Shown in pieces: positions 50,342 through 61,751 of a DNA stretch of 64,000 nucleotides. A program made the translations under genes and the position numbers. Position 1 is the first letter of the stretch, and each line of letters opens with the position of its first letter. The notes under the pieces are model-generated. The model saw only the letters and a program-made list of their open reading frames with translations. It did not search any database and was not told the DNA's origin. This DNA comes from Lingula anatina (taxonomy: Eukaryota > Animalia > Brachiopoda), in NCBI GenBank assembly GCA_051362555.1, contig CM120644.1, positions 14,468,534 through 14,532,533 on the forward strand. The letters run 5' to 3'.

Positions 50342-53300
50342 TTATACAGTCATAGTAACTGAAGAAATAAGGAAAAATGTCTTAAGATACTAAACATTTC
50401 AAGTAGTTGTATATTATTAACTAATTTAAAAGATACTAAACTCTATATTTCTAGGGCTAGGTCTGTCACCAGATGTCGCCGGGGCAACCTTTATGGCCGC
50501 TGGAAGTTCTGCTCCTGAACTAGCCACATCAATAATAGGTAACCTGAGACACTTCTGATGGTGTTATTTTAGTTTTTAAGCTAAATGATTTTTTCACAAA
50601 ATCTGATGCTGAGAAATTTTTAATATTATAGCACTTGCTCTTCCCATGGTGATGACATATAAACAGTGTTACATTTTGAAGTGAATATTTTGATTCATCC
50701 AGTTATATTATACTGAGATAATGAGAACATAAATCTAAAACTGGATCTTGGTTTCAACGTAAAATCTAGTGCAAGATTGAATTTTTTCTTGTTATCTCAG
50801 TAGTTTACAGTATTTTGCCACTGCAGTATTCTGCCTTCTCATACAACTCATAAATTTAAACTATTTTGACATAACAAATACATCTAAACATGCATTGGCT
50901 TTGTGTGAATATCTATAAATTTTAATTCTTCCAGTGCTAAAATCTGTTTTCGTTGATTTTTTGGGCTATGTTATACTTGCTTTACATATTTTCCATCTGT
51001 ACAAATCAAATCCATAATCTGTTTTAATTTTTGCAATTAAACATTAGAACCTGCGCTTTGTTATATGCTTACCCAACCATATTAGTCTCAACCTTTGTTG
51101 TTGTGTACACTCCTTTATAGTTATTTTTTCAAGTCAAAGCTTATTCAGTTGTGAATGTGGCTTAATTTATGAATAGATTTTTGAGTCAAAGCTTCTCCAT
51201 TTGTGATCACAGTTTCATAGTTACTTTTTAATTAATTAATTAATTAATTAATTAATTAATTGTAGTTATAGCTTGCCTTGATGTGGATGCAGCTTTTTAG
51301 TATGATTATTGCAGGTGTAATGGTATCAAAGAGTGATGTTGGTCTAGGAACAGTGGTAGGCTCTGCCGTGTTCAACATTCTCGTGATCGTAGGCATTTGC
51401 TCAGTGCTAACTGATTGGAAGGTGCTTAAATTGTAGAAATATTTGTTTTTATGTGTTCATGCTTTTGCGCAGGTGTTATTTCATTTTTTTTTTTTTTTGT
51501 GTGTGTATGTGCACTAATCAGTGGTAAAGGCAAAAGAGCCACTCTTCTAGCCCCAAAACAAAGTTGTTTTTGACAATAGATAGTATAAAAGTATTACCAG
51601 TAAATCATTTTGGAATGAATTTTGAAAGAGCTAGAGCTGGGACTGGGCATATACTAAAAAGATCGAAAAATGCAATTGAAATCAATTTTATTTGCTCCCT
51701 TTGCCTTAATTACTACTTATACTGCATGCTACAGCATTGATTAACCATCTAATTTGCTAACATTCCTTGCACAAAGTTATTACTTGCAAAATTAGTGTGA
51801 TATTTTAATGATTAACCCATGGTCTGTGGCAATTGACCAGTAGATTAGGAATCAGGTAATAAAAAATTGAATTTTTTCCAATCAGTAAGTCTGATCAAAA
51901 TTTCAAATTTGTGAGATTTTTAATGTCATTTTAGATTATCTTGCCACTGCGGACTTCATCCTTGACTATGTGGATCAAATCTTATAACTTCAGACAGAAA
52001 GTCTTGTTGTGATCAGAAATCAATTTTTTAAAGACTATCTTTTATCACATTTCAGGCTATTTAATGTGAATCCCATTTGACCCCATTCCCATAAACACTA
52101 CCAGTCAAGGTGGAATGCCCAACTCTGGGAGGACTCTTGCTAAGTGCAATCAGCTTAACTGAATAACATGCCTCCTCTTGTTTTCAACATACACATATAA
52201 TTTATTTACCTACTTTTCTGTAATTACTTAATGTCTGGAGGAGGGATGTCTTTCAGTTAAGCTCATTGCAGTTAGTGATATTTTCTGCAGAGTTGGGTCA
52301 ATCCACAAGATCGATTGTATTTATGGGAATGGGGCCTTGGGTTCTCTTTTCACTGCAGTGCTGCCCCCTGACTTCCTGCATGTTATTGGTTTGTTTCTAT
52401 AGGTGTATTTATTGCACAGAGTGACGTCGGTCTTGGAACCATTGTGGGAAGTGCAGTCTTCAACATACTCATCATTGTTGCTATGTGTTCCCTTTTTGCT
52501 GGCATGGTATTAACTTTTTTTTATACCGATATACAGTACATGTAGATCGCACATATAACACATTTATTGGAACTGGTCATTTTTGCCCCTTAAATGCAAA
52601 GACAACCTGTTATATGCAAACACTGTTCACTAAATCACATTCAGCTTAAGCAGCTCTGATGTCTGGCACGCCTACTGAAGTTGTTAGGAGGTAAATTAAC
52701 TATTGTTTAACAGCTTCATGCCAGGCATCTAAGCTACTTAATCTGAATGCAATTTTATGAGAATCCCTTCTGAGATGTGTTGATCCTGCTAGATTGATCT
52801 AGGTTTGGGAATGGGGTCTAAGTCTTCTTTTAAAGTTAAAATCAGAAGTACTCCGGTTATATAAAATATTGTGTATGTTTATCACAAGAAATATTTATCT
52901 CATGGTCCAGGCCAGTTTTCATATGGAAGAGGGATATAATTCTGTATTAACCATGAACTGAAGAAGACCAAAATTTTAGTGTGAATGTTTAGACCAGTTT
53001 TTGGAGTAAATTTCTTTTGTTTTATAAAATTATTTTCTTTTTTCAGCTGATCCAATTTTCTATTTATTCTTTCCTAAGGTGATTCCGCTCACTTGGTGGC
53101 CTCTGTTTAGAGATTGTTCCTATTATGCATTGTCTGTTATAGTATTAACAGTAGTGATACAAGATGGGGAAGTTCACTGGTGAGTGCAAGAAATAAATTA
53201 ATTTTAAAAAAATAAATAAATGATCATTATTGAAAACAAAAGGATGATATAATACATGATTTTGTTCTGAAACAATCTGATGATAGGTCAGCTTGATTCT

Positions 53301-54229
53301 AAATATCATGTCAAATGGCTAACGATATTCATTTTTAAATTGAAATGGTTAATTGAAAAATAAGTCACAATTTTCACCACATTTGTTGCGTTTGAAAAAC
53401 TTTACATAAGTCATATTCTACTTGTCCCATTTCATTTAAAAACGAGGCAGTTAATGCTAACATGCATTTGCCACAACCAAGCACAATTTGAGGCCATCAG
53501 GCTTTCACCACTAATGCAATGAAATGTTCCCATGAGACTATCTTGTTGATATGAAACCACAGTGACCTTTTTCTAATATGTCAAAGAGCTACAAACCAAA
53601 ATGCTTCACAGGTTTTAAATTTAAAAAAAGTGACCAATAATTTCATTTCAATTTTATATAATTCTGTCAAGATGGTCATCCAAATTGAATCTCTTGCTGA
53701 TGGTAAGGTGCATTATCACCCCCGTTATAACATATTTGTAGCAGTATATTTTTATTTAATTTCATATTTCAGGTATGAAGCACTGATAATGTTTACAATG
53801 TACATCCTATATGTGACATTTATGTACTTCAACCCCAGAGTTAGTAGCTGGGCAATTGCAAAGGTAGGTTGTGCATTTCATTTTTTTTTTTTACCACTTA
53901 TATTCTTTTCCAAGTGGTGTTTCCATCAGAAATCGAAAAAGATGCATATCAAAATCATCATAGTTACTATATTGTTAATATATACTACATTCAGGTTCAT
54001 GAATTTCAACATAGACGTGGACATTTTCCTGGTAACTTAAAAGGGCACGCAGGAGAAGAATCCGCCCCACTTTTAGGAGAAGATGCAGAAAAATCCAGTG
54101 TCAGCTTCAAAAGTGGAGAAACAGAAACCCACTTTGGAGGAGAGAATTCTGCCACAGAAAGTGAAGGTAACAATTTAGCTGGTATTCCCCTGGTACTCCC
54201 CCCCCCCCCCCCCCCCCCCCCCCCGTACT

Positions 54230-54277
<48 letters not shown>

Positions 54278-56587
54278 TAAAAATGCTGCTAAAGTCATGT
54301 TTGATCTCTGTCATGGATGATCTTATTATGGCACAGAATATGTTAATTTGTAATACCACATAGAAACCCTAAGGCTGAATTTATCTTATTATTTTTATAT
54401 TACTTTAAGAACAGTAATGCCCCCATCTTTTCTTATCAATTTTTCCAGTGAATTATTTGGGAAGTTTATGGTGATTTTACTGTATAGAATAGAGCTATAG
54501 GGCGACTTTCTTAATTTTGTTCCTACCACTCAGTGGGAATGTTCTCACTTTAAGAATTTATTATTTTAAATAATGCAATATCTATATAAAATTCACAATT
54601 TTCCCCATTGGAAATACCAAGTCATTACCATGAAATATTCCATTTGTTGGCAATAAATAAGCAAAGATAACAGTTGTGGAATGGACAGTTTTTTTGCTAA
54701 TTAAACAGGTAAGGCACATCTTGAAGAGCATGTGTCTGTGTTCAATGATACGTGTGTAGATGTTTTATACCAATTTAAAGATTTGTAGATCATCTTATGC
54801 AAAACATAGAATATTTTCTTACCTTAAGAACTTCTTTTTGTTTTATCCACACAGATGACGAGGACTTTGAATCCCCATGGACCATCCCAGAATCGTTTCT
54901 AAAACGTTTCTACTGGGTCGCAATGTTGCCTGTGTCGGCCTTGCTCTTCTTGACGGTTCCTGATTCTCGCAGAGCTGGAGTCTGGAAAAGACTTTTTCTG
55001 CTCTCGTTCATCATGTCAGTGGTGTGGATATCTGGTTTCTCCTACGTGATGGTGTGGATGGTTGCTATAATGGGTAAATTTTAAGTTATTAAGTGAAATT
55101 CAAGTTAATTTTTATTTAAATAAAAGTTTAAAAACTGCATTTATCTTAAGTTTTAACAATTGTTTACAATGTGATAAGGCAAAAAAAGTCATTAAACAAT
55201 GCAGCAATAGTCAGATATTACAGGGCTCATACCCATTGAAACTATTGGTTTACATCAATTAATCCAGCTCCATATAGAGACTCATACTGAATGCAATAGG
55301 TGTAGAATATTACCACACCTCCCCTTGTTTCCAACATACTCCTATAATGTGAAGGCGTGTTAATCTGTTAATTTGATTGTATTGAGTGAGAGCACCTGCA
55401 GTATTGGATAAATCTATGTAGACCGATAGTTATACTGGGAATGAGCCCTTAGTTAAAAGACTGCTAAATCTGATGCACATGGAAGAAAATGTTACAATTT
55501 ATTATTGAAACTTTAAAAGTGCATATATGGATTTAAGAAGCTTTGGAATCTTTAATTCTTTATTTCTTCTACATTGTTTCTATTGTTTGATCTTAGGCTA
55601 TGTTGAGGATAGAAGTTATGGTGATAGCAGGATCTATCAGCAGGGATTCTTGCTAAGGTGCAGTCAATGAAATCGGCCAACTTGCCTGGCATGCCCCCTT
55701 GCAGGGCAACATGAACAATGTCATGGACCCGAAAGTTTTCCCCGACTTTACCCAAGTACTTTGAATTACGATGGAGTGTGACATAAAGCTGATAACATTG
55801 ACTGCACCTTAGCAAGAATCCTCACTGAGATAGATCGATCCTGCTAGTACGATAACATATATACTGAAAGCAGCCTTAAAAACTGTTGGCTTGCTTAATT
55901 AAATGATGAACTTGTCTCCTTATAGGTGACACCTGGAACATACCTGATGCTGTGATGGGGTTGACGATTCTTGCTGCTGGCACAAGTGTACCTGATGCCA
56001 TGTCCAGTTTGTTTGTGGCTAGAGATGGTGAGTTATTCTTTTATTTAATTATTTATTGCCTTACATATAAATTAGGTAAATACGTGTTTAGTTCCATTTG
56101 TCTGTCTGTAAGGAACATTTATGGAAACTGCTTTAGACGGATTTTTTATGAAATTTTCGGAAACTGTTTGGAAGGGACCCAGTACTGTAACTGAGATTTT
56201 GGTAGTGCACAAAATTAATCTTTGGTAGATTATTACATACATTCATTGTGCTTTTTAGGTTTTGGGGATATGGCAATCTCAAATTCCGTCGGGAGCAATA
56301 TCTTCGACATCCTGTTGTGCCTAGGACTACCATGGATGATAGAGTGTTTCCGGATTGGCGCCCCAGTCGACATCAATAGCAAAACCATTGTGTTTACGTC
56401 CATTTCCCTATTGGCAACTGTCATATTTCTTCTTGTAGCTGTGGCGGTCAATGGATGGAAATTGAATAAAAAATTTGGTATTATATGTCTGTTTGTATAT
56501 GTAGTATTTATGTTATTTTCGTGTATGTATGAACTTAATGTATTTGGGGAAATTAACTTTCCCTCATGCCCCAGGAATTTTGTTTAA
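47604..56587 (+). CDS. SLC24A: K+-dependent Na+/Ca2+ exchanger (SLC24/NCKX family), 533-534 aa, 10 coding exons with alternative exon 4a/4b
   Basis: Exons 47604-47820, 49971-50153 ([23 protein letters not shown]), 50455-50538 ([23 protein letters not shown]; alpha-1), 4a 51315-51421 or 4b 52403-52506, 53079-53179 (WWPLFRD), 53773-53863, 53995-54166, 54855-55073, 55926-56027 ([18 protein letters not shown]; alpha-2), 56259-56587 ([24 protein letters not shown]). GT-AG introns with matching phases. The alpha-2 Asp of GTSxPD, linked to K+ dependence, is present. The specific paralog cannot be assigned. Confidence 0.95.
51315..51421 (+). CDS. SLC24 alternative exon 4a
   Basis: ttgcag|GT GTA ATG...TGG AAG|gtgctt; encodes (G)[35 protein letters not shown]; phase 1 to 0; open. 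Confidence 0.8.
52403..52506 (+). CDS. SLC24 alternative exon 4b
   Basis: tttctatag|GT GTA TTT...GGC ATG|gtatta; encodes (G)[34 protein letters not shown]; phase 1 to 0; open. Confidence 0.88.
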
Positions 56588-57111
56588 AACATATTTGTGT
56601 TTATATAATTTCTATAAAAATGTGCAATTAATTTGTATTTGTGTCAGTTGGTAGCAAGTGAGGTGTTGAATATATACGTTGACTGTTAGTCCTTTATACA
56701 GCAAAGAAATGATGTTCTAGTGAATTTCCCTCATTTTACTTTAATTGTGTAGATGTACCATGTCCAATTATGTTGAAAAAATTACTATTTTTTGTTTTAA
56801 GTTTCTAATTTTTGAGTCACTCATTTAACGGGGATGAAGACTGGTGAATTACACTTGTAATGTTAAAATGAAAGTTCAGAATTAATCATTTATAAAACGT
56901 AATTTATTCTTTGTTTTGAATTGAATATGTTGTGGTGATAAAGTGAAAATTGTTGAGAATTCCAGGGATTTTTTTCTGCACAATGTTGTATGCATTTTTG
57001 AGATTTGTATGTTGTTCTTTTATTAAAAATAGATACTTACATCTTTTCGTAGCATACAGTTCAGACGCTTTTTTTGTTTTAATTACTCTTATCGTGAAAT
57101 GTTCCATTTGG

Positions 57112-57326
57112 TAGGGCGTCAAGTTCCCATTTCTTTCTTCACGATTTTTGGAGATATTCCTATTTATTCTTTGATGGTCTTGATGTGTTTTTTGTTTGTC
57201 ACTTCCATGTGGATTGTAGTAAAATAGTAATAGAGAACGTGTGGGAAAATTGCTTGTGGTACTGTAGTTTTGTCAATGTAAATGTCGTGTACCCTCTCTA
57301 AAAGACATTTTGAACTTGACGCCCTG
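57112..57326. mobile_element. Small MITE downstream of the SLC24 stop codon
   Basis: TIR tagggcgtcaagttc / gaacttgacgccctg. Confidence 0.55.
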
Positions 57327-59157
57327 TATTATTATTATTATTATTATTAGCGCAATTATTATAATTCCGTCGTTTAAGTATATATAAGTATTTATTAGTA
57401 CACAGAAAATGATGTTTTCATATGTGGAAATATACGTTTACACGTTAGTGCCAATTAAATTACGAAAATTAAGAGAGTAACGTGCCAGTGTCAAATTTGA
57501 ATGTCCGTATAGAAAATTAGGTTGTTATGTAGAATGTTGACAACTACTAGAATGTTTGTAGATTATGTATTCTTATACGACGTGTTTAGGACAGTTATTG
57601 AACTGTGGGTAATCAAAAGAGCCTGTATTCCAAATGATTGATTTCTTTTCACACGCGAAATAAAAAGTTGAATAAGACAAAAGACCGAGTGTATGAGAAT
57701 AAAGCATTTTTTCAACCATCAGCGGATATTGAAAGTGTTATGAATCTCTCATGTAACATTGTCTATCTACAGATTTTTAATCACAGAATCAGCTACATAG
57801 TTTGTAGATTGGTATACGAATCTGATAATCGGTACCAGTACCGGTAGAATAAAGTTAAAAGGTAGAATCCATGGGTTTGAAAATCATCCAAGTGCTTATT
57901 TTTGCCATCTACAGCTTGTTATAAAACCGTACATACACCTTAAAATCTATTTAAAAAAAAAAAAAAATAGTTCCTTGGGCGTACCTGACGTATTAAAATA
58001 TTTCCATCGGAGTTTAGGAAGTCGCTGGTTAAAATTACTGGCCAGTTACTTAAAAACTAAATCAACCTTTAGAAATTGCAATTGAAGTTCGAAGCCAAGT
58101 GCAGAGAGGGATGGACAAATTATTAGTGAGTGCAAGAAATTTACTTATTTCCATGGGAAAATCCATTTTGGCGGGTAAATCCCATGGAGTTGCCCTTCAA
58201 GCTCCCGCGCCACATAAAATGGTATTGTTATTCGTCATTACGCGTCAAAGAGTTGTGGCTAGGTGATCATTTAGGTGTCTCGATGAAAAAAAACATTCAT
58301 TTTCTACGAAATATCTGCTCTGGATTTACACTATGACGCACACCTTCATTTTTCAAAATGAAAATGTTTCCATTTGTATTGGCTGGGCAGAAGATGCCGA
58401 CAAACTGCAAAACTCGAGATGGTTTCGTCCTGTTCAGCGACGTCCGTAAGTTTAAATAATAATTATAGTAAAATATTGATAACAACGAGCTTTATTGTCA
58501 TAATTGAAGAGCCAATTAGAAGTATTTAAAGACCTGCAATTTGATAAACTCGATAAAAAAAATCCAATTTTTGCATTTTCCTACGCTTGACTCTTTTTCC
58601 TGAAGTATCTTGGAAAATACGCTTCCAGGAATGCCAGTCAAAACAGACATCGAAATCAAAATCGTTATACTGGTTTTTTGTCTTCCAAATAAAAATTTTA
58701 TATTGTTTATTTTATTTTTATAATCTGCTATAAAACTTTTGAAGATTTTAAACATATTTTACTAACAACTGTCTTTGCGACGGGAGGGGGGATGGCTTTG
58801 CATTTAGTCTGTGATGTAGTTCGTCTTTTTCGAATAGATGCATCTGCCGCACCAACGTTTCCTGGACGTTCAACAACGCAGGCGCGGGTTTTCTCCTAGG
58901 TTTGTCCAATAAGTCACTTTTTAGTGCGTGCTGGGGAGTAATATCTTGACACCCTCCACCTTTCCCGCATTCACAACATAAGTTGATCCGCCGACTAGCA
59001 GATCCGAGGATCAAATATGGCCGACCCAAGCGCATTCCCCACGGATTATGCATACAGTGACTATTAAGGGATGATGCCACACGCTTTCAAGTGGGTCGGC
59101 CATATTTGATCCGTGGATCACCTTGCTCTGAATGCGCCCACTGTGAGTCACAGCCCG

Positions 59158-59213
<56 letters not shown>

Positions 59214-59569
59214 GCCAGGAATTGTTTTTCATCGTATGCTGAACTTACTATCATTTTGCTTTTCATGCTGCATTTATTAGATGAAAACATATATATGGGC
59301 TAAATCTCATTGTAGGGGTTGTTACTTGTAAGTAAATCTTGTCTTTCATTTGGGCGTATGCTCACTCGATTGTTCTGTACAACACAGGAAACATTTCTTC
59401 ACAGTTTTATCCAACGAATGAAAATTACGATGTATAAGGAAAAGTATGTCATGCCCATGGGCCCAATGTACAATATCTGCTGACATTATACTACTGTACT
59501 GTACTGGGGTATGTATTGACTGCACTGCATAGCTAATCAATTCACAAACATGTACATATAGGCATTTAA

Positions 59570-60420
59570 ACTTTAAAATTTCTACACTTACTTGAACTGG
59601 TACCTCAACAAAGCTTTGGATCACTACTGTGACCTTCTTCGGTGTGTGCTCCTCTGAGACTGAGCACTTTTCACTAATGTCTCAGTGATAGTGTTGTCCC
59701 ATATGTGACACAATTGGTGTCCCCACCCCCCATCTCTCTGCAGGCTTCGGGTTGTGGGCACGGATGTACTAGTAGATTGTCTCCCTAACCCCCTTCTTAT
59801 GCATGATGGGACCTTGTCCAAGAACTTGACTGCCTCTCATGGGATCTGGTACCCCTGTTTCTCTGAATGAATGTGTTTAGGGACCCCTTATGTGGTGAAG
59901 CTCTGTCTCTCTGTTGTGAATACCCTCTTATGTTCCATGACCCAAGATTTCAGTGTTCTTTCTGTCTCTCCGATGTAATATCATTGTCCGATCACAATCT
60001 TTATCTCCTTTGCACTTAATTAATATGATAAATCGCGCCACTGACATCCTTCTTCTGATCTCGGTCTTGTCTTTAGGGTGATATACTGTAGGATCTGCTT
60101 GAGAGTTCTGTGCAGTCTGAAACAAACATTCACAAAATGTGTTTGGCACAGATGCGCTTCAGATGTTCAGCTTTCCCCTTCATATATGGAATCACTATAT
60201 ACCGGCTTTGGATCTTTGGTTTTCCAAGAATGCTAGTCGTCCCTCTTATTCCCTCTCGATGGTGAATGTAATGTTTGGTTCAAAACCACTGATGTGTTCC
60301 CAGAATTCCGCCGCCCACATGACTTTCTGTTTGGTATGTGTGTGATCAACGTTCCTTAACCACCAGCCAAGTGGGTGTGGTGCTTTGCAGAGTATCCGGT
60401 GAATGTAAAAACGTGAAAAA
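59570..60420 (-). mobile_element. Decayed Penelope-like element (RT plus GIY-YIG endonuclease remnants)
   Basis: Minus-strand fragments: PLGWWLRNVDHT (cf. W.RYVDD), EHISGFEPNITFTIERE*EGRLAFL, VYHPKDK..IKCKGDKDC, GYQIP*EAVKFLDK, YIRAHNP, SLQRDGG..LCHIWD; many frameshifts. Confidence 0.75.
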
Positions 60421-61395
60421 ATTAGGGCCCCTGCTATCTGTACTAATGATAAGCGAGGCTGAAAAATGGGGAGGAGGGGGAATGATGACACCTGCGCCTA
60501 TAATAATACATGTGACTGAAAAAAAAAACAATGAGAATACCTTAAATCAGTATCTTTATTTACAAAGCTGCCAATTGAAAATAGTACTTAATCACAAATA
60601 TAAGTTACAAATATTGTGCGTTCGACTCTCATCAACCGACCATCAACCGACATCTACATCTTTTCCACTACGTGTAACAATATTTAGGATGAGCATGCTT
60701 AAAATTCCGTTTTTTATATTTACAAAGCTACATGTACCAACTGTAATGCTACTTCATGGCTAAAATAACATTTGATATCAGTTACTGGCATTGTGCGTTA
60801 TACTGACGCATTCCTCTCGTCTTTTACTCCCATGACATTATGTAGTAAAAAGGATGATCATGCGTAAAATCCACCTATTTTTGGCATTTACAAAGCCGAC
60901 AATTGAAAATACTACATAAGGGCAAATAATAAAATATGTTAATGGTAAGTTATTCACTTTGTGCGTTACTCATATTGCGAACCTATGTTGAAACAACATA
61001 AACTATTAAAGCATTCATAATCTCACAGTAAATAAATAACATGTAAATACATACATGTACAACCAGGCAATCTATCTTGGTCGCTTAGTCGGTATTGAAC
61101 AGAATTTAACCAATTGCAAACTATCATACTGTTAGAAATGGTACTTTTCTGAAACATTATCAGCGGCAATTTTCATTCAGTTCCGGAAGGTTCCAGAAAA
61201 ATTGAACAGTTCAACCCCAAGTCTTCAACAAATGACAGAACCATTGATCCCAAACCCACTAAAGTCTTTTGGAAGGGTGAGGAACAGAAGCTGCCGTGGA
61301 AAATTCAAGTCTGTAAATCCCTAGGGAAGCAAATTTGCCTCTTCTCTCACAACCCTGCAAGGCTTGGTCCTTATATTTATTAGTACCTTCCAATT

Positions 61396-61710
61396 TCATA
61401 CATTTGATCCATTACTAAGCTGAGCCATCATTAGATTATCTGATAGTTTGCCTTTTTCATTGTCATTACTGTCCTTGCTTTCACGATGGGCCAATGAGCA
61501 TTGAATAAGACAGTCTATCTCTTTTGACTCCTCCTCTTTGGGAGTACCCGGATGACTACAACTGTTCCCATTGGTCGGGCTCTGACGCCCTGTCACCGAA
61601 GTCACGCGCGTTGAGCGCGTACCATGGCTAATGCTCCTTGTGTCTTGCCAATGATGAAACCGCCGTTTGATTGTGGCTTGAACCTACAATTTTCAAAATA
61701 TCATTAAGCC

Positions 61711-61751
<41 letters not shown>

